Source of the DNA: Deltaproteobacteria bacterium
GTDB lineage: Bacteria; Desulfobacterota; Syntrophobacteria; B119-G9
Assembly: GCA_003646715.1 (NCBI GenBank)
Contig: QMLL01000001.1
Location: 1-24,159, forward strand
DNA: 24,159 nt
Direction of reading: 5' to 3'
Positions 6,903 through 14,684 of the stretch are shown one piece after another. The translations under genes and the position numbers were made by a program. Each line of letters begins with the position of its first letter. Position 1 is the first letter of the stretch. The notes beneath the pieces are model-generated. The model was not told where the DNA came from. It was given only the letters and a program-made list of their open reading frames with translations, and ran no database searches.

Positions 6903-8996
6903 CTACTCTATGCAACTGGACTTTCCAAAATGTTCAGAGAATTCTGACAAATCGAGTTCCGGATTTTTTTCCGCCAGGATCGCAAGATCGACTCCATCCA
7001 CATCGCCGTCGCCGTCCATATCACTCGTACAGATACTGTGAATGGTTACGAGAGAGATTTCTGGATCACCATAGAGGTTAAATCCCTGGAGATTGAGCCA
7101 GATTGAAGGACTATTGTAAATCATTTCTTCCTTGGTTAGAGCCAGGGCCTGTCCACATGGTATGTCTTGAGCTAATTTCTTTAGATAGTAATACCCAAGA
7201 GAAAAGTTATCCGGATAATTCGGATTTGGTTCTGTCCATCCTGCGGTGTACCAGGACACTCTGGAGGCAGACACCGTTGCTATTGCTCCCTGTTTTAAAA
7301 GTGAGTAGCCCAGATTGCCTGAATTTTCAGGATAGCCGTTGCTGCAGGCGCAGAGGTAAACCATGGACGGATGAGAATCATCCAGCACTCTACTATCACT
7401 GGACGTGAAAAAAGAGGTTGTTGTTGTCTCGCCACTTTCAGGAGTATCATTTTGATTATCATCCGAAGACCAGTATTTTCTGTAAATACTCGTTGCGTTA
7501 CCATGTCCCACCGCGCAAACAAGACCGTACCCTGAAGCCCAGGAATCTTTGACATTTGTTCGGTTTAGGGGAGCATCAGAAGGATACGTGCTATGCTGAA
7601 GTCCTTCTTTTTCATAAAGAGAAAAGTGGGTAAAATCATTGGATTCTAGAAAATCATTTATTATCCTCTGAGCCAGTTCGGCCCCATCTGTCCGTGTAAG
7701 GTAGTCTGGTGGTTCTTGCTCAAAGTTCAATATGGCAGTGGGAAGCAAAACCTCTTTACGCCACGAAAGGTCTCCTGACTCTGTCTGGTAATCCATGATT
7801 TTTTGAAGTATGTGATCTAGTGTTGAATAGTCATCGTATACCGGTACTCTTCCTACCCATACCTCTGCAGCGTAGTCTACTCCTCCGGGCTTGTTATCAT
7901 CAGGATATTCTCCGTACAGTTCATCACCGTCAATATCCCAGTTGCCGGTTAGATCGGCATAATAGTAGTCAGTGAGAGCTTCTCGATGGCTCGATTCATG
8001 GCTCCTCGGATAGCATTTTTTCATCGGAACATCACCATTGGATGGGTCGGGGTTACCGATGAGAAGTACGTATTTTATCCCTAGATTTTGGTAGTTGTTA
8101 ATCAACCATTGGCGGATTTTTTCAGCCCTGCCGTCAGGTGGTGGCCCTGATAAACTGGTATAATCGTCCTCCGTGACAACCAGTACCGAATGACCTATAG
8201 CTTCCTTGAAACGCACGAAGTCAGATAACTTGGTGCTGTTGTTTACAACTGCATTGGAAGTGATTATTACGTAGTCATATGAAGTATCTCCCCCAGGTGC
8301 TATGTCGGCAGGTGCTGGATTTGTCCCCGAGTCGCTTTCGTTTTGCGGGGTCTCGCCCACTGTTGTACTTTGATATTCTAAATCGCTGGTTTCTGATGCT
8401 CCGAGAGTAATCTTGCACTGTATCTCTTTGACAACCTCTATTTTTCCGTTCCCAGGATAATACCTAACCGGATAGTAGGCCAAACGGAGAAATTTACTGT
8501 TCCTTTTGGTCTTTGTAGCCAGGATTTTAACGGGTTTCACCGGAAAGGGCCTGGATGAAGAGTAAACCAGAATGTTTTTCCCGTGTTTGATCTTTTTGGA
8601 TTTCCCCCAGTCCAGGATGTTTCCACGATCTGTTGAAAGAAGAAGAGGAGGGGAGGGTTCAATTTCATAAAATCCTTTTAATTCCTCACATTTTGTCCTG
8701 ACAATTTGAATACTTATGACCTCCAAACTTCGGCTCGCTGGAACTGGAATAAGTTTGATAATTTCGGGTAAGTTCGGATTTCCCGGATCCATCAAATACG
8801 ATCTGTCGGGGAGTTCAACTCGGTGAGTACCTTTACGCGTTTTAATAAAGTCAAGTTTCGGAGCCATGAACGACACAAAAATTGAGGAGCCGTCGTAATG
8901 GTAGCTATAATGGGATTTCGAAGAAGCTTTTGTGATGTTTATGAGCGAAAAAAACACCATCAGGTGTAAGAATACAATACAACTGAACCGTCTCAT
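6903..8996 (-). CDS. Secreted C25-family (gingipain-like) cysteine peptidase with propeptide and C-terminal dockerin/EF-hand-like repeat
   Basis: Signal peptide from ATG 8996 (SD AGAGGA), a C25 propeptide-like region, YVLLIGN, DYYYADL, VWVGRVP, the catalytic-dyad contexts VGHG and CACSNG, FNLYGDP, and the tail CTSDMDGDGDVDGVDLA...FG..C. Confidence 0.85.
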   Translation of the reverse strand: MRRFSCIVFLHLMVFFSLINITKASSKSHYSYHYDGSSIFVSFMAPKLDFIKTRKGTHRVELPDRSYLMDPGNPNLPEIIKLIPVPASRSLEVISIQIVRTKCEELKGFYEIEPSPPLLLSTDRGNILDWGKSKKIKHGKNILVYSSSRPFPVKPVKILATKTKRNSKFLRLAYYPVRYYPGNGKIEVVKEIQCKITLGASETSDLEYQSTTVGETPQNESDSGTNPAPADIAPGGDTSYDYVIITSNAVVNNSTKLSDFVRFKEAIGHSVLVVTEDDYTSLSGPPPDGRAEKIRQWLINNYQNLGIKYVLLIGNPDPSNGDVPMKKCYPRSHESSHREALTDYYYADLTGNWDIDGDELYGEYPDDNKPGGVDYAAEVWVGRVPVYDDYSTLDHILQKIMDYQTESGDLSWRKEVLLPTAILNFEQEPPDYLTRTDGAELAQRIINDFLESNDFTHFSLYEKEGLQHSTYPSDAPLNRTNVKDSWASGYGLVCAVGHGNATSIYRKYWSSDDNQNDTPESGETTTTSFFTSSDSRVLDDSHPSMVYLCACSNGYPENSGNLGYSLLKQGAIATVSASRVSWYTAGWTEPNPNYPDNFSLGYYYLKKLAQDIPCGQALALTKEEMIYNSPSIWLNLQGFNLYGDPEISLVTIHSICTSDMDGDGDVDGVDLAILAEKNPELDLSEFSEHFGKSSCIE

Positions 8997-9219
8997 GGAA
9001 AAATTCCTCTCTGTCGGAAAAGTTATTTTTTCAGCTAACATATTACCATAAGTGAAATAACACCTTCAAAAAAGAAATCGTACCATCAAAACTACGAAAA
9101 AGTTTTCGCACAGAGTATACCAATTATGATGTTTCCCTCTTGACAACCACGAAAAAATTGAATAGTCAAATAAGTAACGAAAAATTGAATATGTTGATTC
9201 AGGAGTTATGTAATAGGCT

Positions 9220-9248
9220 AAAGCCACCCAGACTCGGGTGGCTTTTTT
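9220..9248 (+). terminator. Strong intrinsic terminator-like hairpin in the pabA 5' leader
   Basis: AAAGCCACCC-AGACTC-GGGTGGCTTT followed by TTT, ending 15 nt before the pabA ATG. Confidence 0.75.
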
Positions 9249-9263
9249 GCTTAAGGGCTGAAA

Positions 9264-9896
9264 ATGAAAATTATCATAATTGATAACTATGATTCCTTTA
9301 CGTACAATCTTTTCCAGCTATTTACTGTCACGGGCGCGGATGTGAAGGTATACAGGAATGATTGTATATCTCTTGATATTCTTTCTCATGAGCCCCCTGA
9401 TGCAATCATAATATCTCCAGGTCCCAAGGATCCGTCAGATTCGGGAATTAGTAAGGATGTGGTCAGGTATTTTGGCAAAACTGTACCCGTCCTCGGCGTA
9501 TGCTTAGGGATGCAGGTAATAAACGAGGTATTTGGTGGGGAAACGATTCTTGCTCCAAGGCCTGTGCATGGAGAAAAAGACCGAATTTTTCATAGCGGAA
9601 AAGGACTTTTTCAATCGATTCCATCTCCTTTTTTCGCAGCCAGATATCACTCTCTGGTTGTAAGCATTGCGAGTGATGACTTGATGATAACTGCCAGAAA
9701 TAGCGAGAATATTATAATGGCGATTGAGCACCTGAAATATCCCATTGTTGGCGTTCAATTTCATCCCGAATCTTTTATGACAGAATATGGTGAGAAAATG
9801 GCAGTGAATTTTCTTAAACAGGTAAAATATCATGGAAGTTCTTCCCAGGATAAAAAACATAATTCAGCTGGAGCCTTCTTTTTGGGAGCGAGATGA
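9264..9896 (+). CDS. pabA: Aminodeoxychorismate/anthranilate synthase component II (type I glutamine amidotransferase)
   Basis: IDNYDSFTYN, ISPGPKDP, GVCLG (catalytic Cys), ARYHSL and QFHPES (His-x-Glu). It precedes pabB/pabC. Confidence 0.9.
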   Translation: MKIIIIDNYDSFTYNLFQLFTVTGADVKVYRNDCISLDILSHEPPDAIIISPGPKDPSDSGISKDVVRYFGKTVPVLGVCLGMQVINEVFGGETILAPRPVHGEKDRIFHSGKGLFQSIPSPFFAARYHSLVVSIASDDLMITARNSENIIMAIEHLKYPIVGVQFHPESFMTEYGEKMAVNFLKQVKYHGSSSQDKKHNSAGAFFLGAR

Positions 9897-11250
9897 AAAA
9901 ATAGAAGATATCTTTACACCGCTCGCTTCAATACCCCACTCAGTGCTTTTGCTTAGTGGTGGCGACGGGGATTGTTCCAGGTATTCCTTTGCTGGCATTG
10001 AACCTTTTCTGATTGTACAATGTTGGAGAGATCTAGTAGAAATAAAAAATAAATCCGGGAAAACGGTACGACTCAAGGGAAATCCATTTGACATAGTGCA
10101 ATCTATCCTCGATCATCTCAAGGTTGATACGCAAGGTAGTGATGCACCATTTTGTGCCGGTGCCATGGGCTACTGGGGTTATGACCTTCGGTATCAACTG
10201 GAAAGACTTCCAGATATTGGTAATGATGATCTCTTGATACCGGACCTCTACCTTGTTTTCCCGAGCGTCATAATCACGCTGGATAGAGATAACAACCACT
10301 TCGTTTTGAATCTTGTCGAAACAGACATTGATAGTTTTGAACAGGATTCCGTGTCTGATAAGGTTGAAAGGTTAATAAAGTGGAGCAGGTACTGGCATAG
10401 CCATTTGTTCAATCTTCCTGAGCCCGTTTCAAAAGGAAAATATGATACAAATTTTACGAAAGAAGAGTATATTGAGGCCATCGATAAGACGAGAGATTAC
10501 ATTAGACACGGACATATCTATCAGGTAAATATTTCTCAACGCTTTACGTTTCCTTTTGAAGGTTCTGACTATTTGCTTTTCAGGAAACTTTTTCGTCTGA
10601 ACCCGGCTTCTTTTTTTGCATACATGAACTGTGGGGATTTTACGGTACTTTCCACATCCCCGGAACGTTTCATTTATCGCAACGGAGATTACATTGAAAC
10701 ACGTCCGATAAAAGGAACGAGACCTAGGGGAAAAACTCCCGACGAAGACGAAAAACTTCAAAGGGAACTTATTGAAAGTTCGAAAGAAGACGCTGAGTTA
10801 TCGATGATTGTTGATCTTCTCAGAAATGACTTGGGTAAGGTTTGTTTGCCTGGAACTGTAAAAGTAAAAGAACACAAGAGGATAGAAGCTTACCAGAACG
10901 TTTTTCATCTTGTTTCAATCGTGGAAGGGCGACTCCCGGAGCACTGCAGACACATGGATATACTTAAAGCAGTATTTCCGGGCGGATCCATTACAGGATG
11001 TCCGAAAGTGAGGGCAATGGAAATTATAGAGGAGCTGGAAACGGTAAAGCGTAATATCTACACAGGGTCTATAGGGTACGTTGGTTTAAATGGAACCATG
11101 GACCTCAACATAGCTATAAGGACAGCGATAAGGAAAGGGGACAAGCTCTATCTGTCGGTAGGTGGAGGTATTGTATATGGTTCAGAACCGGAAGCGGAAT
11201 ACATGGAAACAATTCACAAAGGTGAGACCTTCTTACAATTGCTGTCCTAG
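9832..11250 (+). CDS. pabB: Aminodeoxychorismate synthase component I (chorismate-binding enzyme)
   Basis: GHIYQVN, SPERF, TRPIKGTRPRG, AELSMIVDL-RNDLG, FPGGSITGCPK-RAMEII and LNIAIRT. Assigned as PabB rather than TrpE because a class IV aminotransferase follows it. Confidence 0.88.
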   Translation: MEVLPRIKNIIQLEPSFWERDEKIEDIFTPLASIPHSVLLLSGGDGDCSRYSFAGIEPFLIVQCWRDLVEIKNKSGKTVRLKGNPFDIVQSILDHLKVDTQGSDAPFCAGAMGYWGYDLRYQLERLPDIGNDDLLIPDLYLVFPSVIITLDRDNNHFVLNLVETDIDSFEQDSVSDKVERLIKWSRYWHSHLFNLPEPVSKGKYDTNFTKEEYIEAIDKTRDYIRHGHIYQVNISQRFTFPFEGSDYLLFRKLFRLNPASFFAYMNCGDFTVLSTSPERFIYRNGDYIETRPIKGTRPRGKTPDEDEKLQRELIESSKEDAELSMIVDLLRNDLGKVCLPGTVKVKEHKRIEAYQNVFHLVSIVEGRLPEHCRHMDILKAVFPGGSITGCPKVRAMEIIEELETVKRNIYTGSIGYVGLNGTMDLNIAIRTAIRKGDKLYLSVGGGIVYGSEPEAEYMETIHKGETFLQLLS

Positions 11251-11292
11251 ACGGTTGGGCATTAGTCTAATGTTAAAAGGATCACAAGAACT

Positions 11293-12147
11293 GTGGAAGA
11301 ATACATATATGTGAACAACACCCTTGTCCCGATCTCTGAGGCCAGAATTTCTCCGCTCGATCGTGGTTTTCTCTACGGAGACGGCCTTTTTGAAACTATT
11401 CGTGTGAACCGGGGACGCCCCCTTTTTCTGAAAGATCACCTAGAAAGAATAGAGAGTTCCTGCTCTGCTTTTAACATTTGTCTTGACGTAGATCCGATAG
11501 AAGACTGGTATGAAAAAATTGAAAGAGTGATTGCAGCAAATAACCTGGGTGATGGGCTGGCGGCAGTTAAAATCCTGGTAACGAGGGGAACCGATTTTCC
11601 TGAACCGAGACTTCCTAAATCTCAGAAACCTACAGTGATAATCTATGCCCGTTCGTATAATCCTCCTTCCAGTGAGAAATACAATAAAGGCTTGAAATTG
11701 ATTACCTTTCCCCACAGAAGACACACAAAGCTGGCAGATTATAAAAGTCTTAATTATCTTTTTTATCTTGCTGCAAAAGAATGGGCGGTAGGGAAGGGGG
11801 GCGATGAAGCCCTTATACTTAATGGTGACGGTACGGTATCCGAGGGATCCACCACAAACATTTTTTACGTGAAGGATGGTAAAGTATATAAGCCTATTTC
11901 CGCACATTATCTTAGAGGAATCATGGAAAAGCAAGTGATAAAGTTTCTTGAGACGGCAGGCGTGGAGGTGAAAGAAAAAGAAACGTATATTGAAGGTTTG
12001 CTGGAAGCTGATGAACTATTTCTCACCAATTCCCTGGTTGAGGTTATACCTGCATACTCGATTGACGGAAAGGTTTTGTCGAGAAAAGGAAATACAATAA
12101 GGGAACTTGTTGAAATGGACTGGGGAAGGATTGCAAATTGTCTGTAA
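11293..12147 (+). CDS. pabC: Class IV aminotransferase, probable 4-amino-4-deoxychorismate lyase
   Basis: DRGFLYGDGLFETIR, the PLP-Lys context YKSLNY, EGSTTNIF, L-GIM and LFLTNS. Directly downstream of pabB. Confidence 0.8.
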   Translation: MEEYIYVNNTLVPISEARISPLDRGFLYGDGLFETIRVNRGRPLFLKDHLERIESSCSAFNICLDVDPIEDWYEKIERVIAANNLGDGLAAVKILVTRGTDFPEPRLPKSQKPTVIIYARSYNPPSSEKYNKGLKLITFPHRRHTKLADYKSLNYLFYLAAKEWAVGKGGDEALILNGDGTVSEGSTTNIFYVKDGKVYKPISAHYLRGIMEKQVIKFLETAGVEVKEKETYIEGLLEADELFLTNSLVEVIPAYSIDGKVLSRKGNTIRELVEMDWGRIANCL

Positions 12148-12223
12148 CTCACTGTTCTGCCCCAGTATTCATCACAATCCTGGAGAGGGTTCTTAAAAGT
12201 GGCGGCTATGACCAATAATGCTC

Positions 12224-12289
12224 GATTCCTGCCTCCGCAGGAATGACAGAGAGTAACGTCAACGTCATTCCCGCGAACGCGGGAATCCA
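12224..12289. repeat. Pair of REP/dRS3-like palindromic repeats in inverted orientation
   Basis: GATTCCTGCCTCCGCAGGAATGAC (12224-12247) and GTCATTCCCGCGAACGCGGGAATCCA (12264-12289) match the widespread GTCATTCCCGCG..GCGGGAATCC repeat type. They lie between convergent genes. Confidence 0.8.
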
Positions 12290-12378
12290 AGCCCCTAGAC
12301 TGAAGTACGAACTCAGCGCAAGCTTTCACGTCGGTCGTTCTAAAGGGCATTTCGTATAAAGCTGGTCCGTTGGCGCTT

Positions 12379-13134
12379 CTAAAGGCCTCTTTTCTTCTTA
12401 CGTATTTTCCTTGCTTCTCTCTTCCAGGCAGGTCCCTTCCTTCTTTTGCGGTCCCTTTCTTTCTTTCTTGCGACATCAGGATCTCTCTCAAGATCAAGGA
12501 AAAAGGAACCCGGCAACGCTTCCGGAACCGCTTCAATTTCCTTAGGCTTTTTCAGTTTTTTCTCTTTTGTTTTCTTTACTTCTCTTTCAGGCAGCGGAGG
12601 GCCCGAAATAAATCTAGAAGGGATTTCCTCTGCCAGGAACATATTTTCACCATGAGCTCTGAAGATTATTCCTTCCAGGAATGCTTCTTCGGCGTTGATC
12701 TCCAGGAGAAGAGGAGACTTATCTCTTCTTTTTCCAATTCTTAGAGCGAGTTCTTTGGTCCTGCACAGGGGAAGAAAGGGTCTTCCGGCAGCTTTGAGGC
12801 CATGATTATATATGTGATAGCAGGCTTTGAGCCTTGCGGCATAAAAAAGCGTTCTTGGTGGTTGCTCAACCGGGTAATAAGGTTTTTTGATTGAATCGTT
12901 CAAGACGATTTTTTTGCCTTCTAATCGATAAGGGGGATCAAATCCGAGAAGAATCAAGTCTTTCAAGTGCGATTCTCTCACGTAGCTCCAGCCGTCCTCT
13001 TCCTTTACGGCCCACAACAATTCTTTAATGGAAATAGAACCGTCGCCATCCAGGAATATTCCAAATTCATCCGGGCTGTGGCAAAGCACGTAAGAGAGGA
13101 ATTTTAGAAGTCTTTTAGCTTTCTTTTTGTCCAT
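12379..13134 (-). CDS. kptA: RNA 2'-phosphotransferase (KptA/Tpt1)-like protein with degenerate catalytic motifs and a Lys/Arg-rich C-terminal tail
   Basis: KFLSYVL-H-P-EFGI-LD-DG, PP-TL-Y, GLKA-GR, ALRIGKRR and LLLEINA follow the KptA layout. The start is ATG 13134, with an alternative TTG at 13161. Confidence 0.75.
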   Translation of the reverse strand: MDKKKAKRLLKFLSYVLCHSPDEFGIFLDGDGSISIKELLWAVKEEDGWSYVRESHLKDLILLGFDPPYRLEGKKIVLNDSIKKPYYPVEQPPRTLFYAARLKACYHIYNHGLKAAGRPFLPLCRTKELALRIGKRRDKSPLLLEINAEEAFLEGIIFRAHGENMFLAEEIPSRFISGPPLPEREVKKTKEKKLKKPKEIEAVPEALPGSFFLDLERDPDVARKKERDRKRRKGPAWKREARKIRKKKRGL

Positions 13135-13138
13135 GAGT

Positions 13139-14026
13139 TTAGTCGTTTTTATAATCTGCAAGTATTTCTATGATCGGTGGTATAACTGTTCTTGCTATAT
13201 CAGCCCGCGACCCACCACCCAACACGACCTCTAGTTTACCACCGCAAAGTTCAAGCGAAAGCTCAACCATGAGCCTTGCAATGTTATTGTAGCATTCACC
13301 TGTTAAACCAAGATCTCCATAGTCACCTCGGTGAGTGTCAAAACCAAAGTACCAGAAAATCAGATCCGGCTTGAAGTTTCGTACGGCATCTGGAAAAACA
13401 GAGCAAACCTTATCAAAATATATTTCATTCTGACTTCTATCGTCTTTTTCCGTTCGCCCCCAGCCAAACCAACCGCTTCTCACAGCGACGTCAATTTTGG
13501 TGCCATCAGGGGATTTGTAGTCGTTATAACACATGCAAACGTGAAGCACGTCAGGATCATCTTTAACCAGGTCTCTTGTGCCGTCGCCGTGGTGTGCATC
13601 GGTGTCGAGAATAGCGAATTTCTTAACACCATAAATTTCTCGCAGTTTTGTAATGGTGATCACTACGTCGTTAAAACAGCAGTAACCGCCAAAATAGTCT
13701 CTCCCGGAGTGATGTCCACCGGCTCCTATAAAAGCGAACGCATTATCGATTTCCCCCGTCCATATTTTTTCTCCACCGAGAACAACACCTCCAGCCGAAT
13801 GCCACGCTGTGCTGCAAAGGTGGTCCGCCTGTACTCCAAGTATCAGTTCAGGCGTGTGTACTTTTAGAATCCACTCCTCTTCAAGGGGTGGAGATTCAAA
13901 CATTACTACATTTTCTCTCTGAAGAAGGTGCTCTATCGCCTCGGGAAAATCTTCAAGTCTGGTACCCTGAGTCAGGTAACTTCGCCTACTAAAGCTCGGG
14001 TGGTAAAAAATGCCGGTTTTTCTCAT
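13139..14026 (-). CDS. Histone deacetylase (HDAC/AcuC) fold Zn-dependent hydrolase, atypical
   Basis: GGHH, GYCCFND, DTDAHHGDG and GFDTH-GD are present. The usual EGGY motif is replaced by LGGGS. Confidence 0.88.
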   Translation of the reverse strand: MRKTGIFYHPSFSRRSYLTQGTRLEDFPEAIEHLLQRENVVMFESPPLEEEWILKVHTPELILGVQADHLCSTAWHSAGGVVLGGEKIWTGEIDNAFAFIGAGGHHSGRDYFGGYCCFNDVVITITKLREIYGVKKFAILDTDAHHGDGTRDLVKDDPDVLHVCMCYNDYKSPDGTKIDVAVRSGWFGWGRTEKDDRSQNEIYFDKVCSVFPDAVRNFKPDLIFWYFGFDTHRGDYGDLGLTGECYNNIARLMVELSLELCGGKLEVVLGGGSRADIARTVIPPIIEILADYKND

Positions 14027-14177
14027 TAATCCGCTCCATGGTTATTGAGTCCGCCGAAATATTCATAACCCTCATAATATTATAGAAATATAAATATTGC
14101 CCTTTTACATTTCCTATGCTATCTAAAAAAATATGTGATATCAAGCGCCTTCAACCCCCAGAAGGAGTTATTCGCAA

Positions 14178-14684
14178 ATGAAAGATTACTGGCAACCTTA
14201 TCTTGGCGGCGTAGCCCTCGGTTTTCTTCTTTTCTTTTCTTTTCTAATCTGCGGTAAGAGCGTAGGAGGCTCATCTTTTCTCACGCGACTGGCCGCGTAC
14301 TTTGTTCATATCGTTGCTCCATCTCATATAGAAAACTCAGCCTATTTTGGTCGATATTTTGCCGGCGCTAAAACACCTTTAAACTACTGGCTGGCCTATC
14401 TGGGTTATGGCACGTTTTTGGGAGGACTTGCATCTGCCTTTGTTCACGGCCGTTTAAAAATATCGATAGATAAAGGACCGAAGGTATCTCCCAAAGGCAG
14501 GCTGGCGCTGGCCATGTTTGGGGGTATCTTTGTCGGTTTCGCGTCAAGACTTGGGCTTGGTTGTACCAGCGGGCAGGGTTTAATTGGTGCCTCAATGCTG
14601 TCTGTTGGTTCATGGGTTTTCCTTTTTTCTGTGTTTTTAGGTGGATACGCAATTGCATATAGAGTCAGGGAAGGGTGGCTGTAA
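14178..14684 (+). CDS. YeeE/YedE-family sulfur-compound transporter, half-size subunit 1
   Basis: YW-PYLGG-ALG, four to five hydrophobic segments, GF-SRL-LGCTSGQ with the conserved Cys, and SD AAGGAG. Confidence 0.88.
   Translation: MKDYWQPYLGGVALGFLLFFSFLICGKSVGGSSFLTRLAAYFVHIVAPSHIENSAYFGRYFAGAKTPLNYWLAYLGYGTFLGGLASAFVHGRLKISIDKGPKVSPKGRLALAMFGGIFVGFASRLGLGCTSGQGLIGASMLSVGSWVFLFSVFLGGYAIAYRVREGWL

Noticed and set aside
9201-9216. Start-stop minigene AGGAG-TT-ATG-TAA-TAG before the pabA leader terminator
   Set aside because: The SD-to-ATG spacing is only 2 nt, too short for efficient initiation. It is kept only as a position to inspect in Ribo-seq.
11907-12536. 209-aa minus-strand ORF and the 74-aa ORF at 17655-17879
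   Set aside because: They overlap real genes out of frame or antisense. Their LDSRVRGND/MDSRFRRN segments are just translations of the REP-like repeat.
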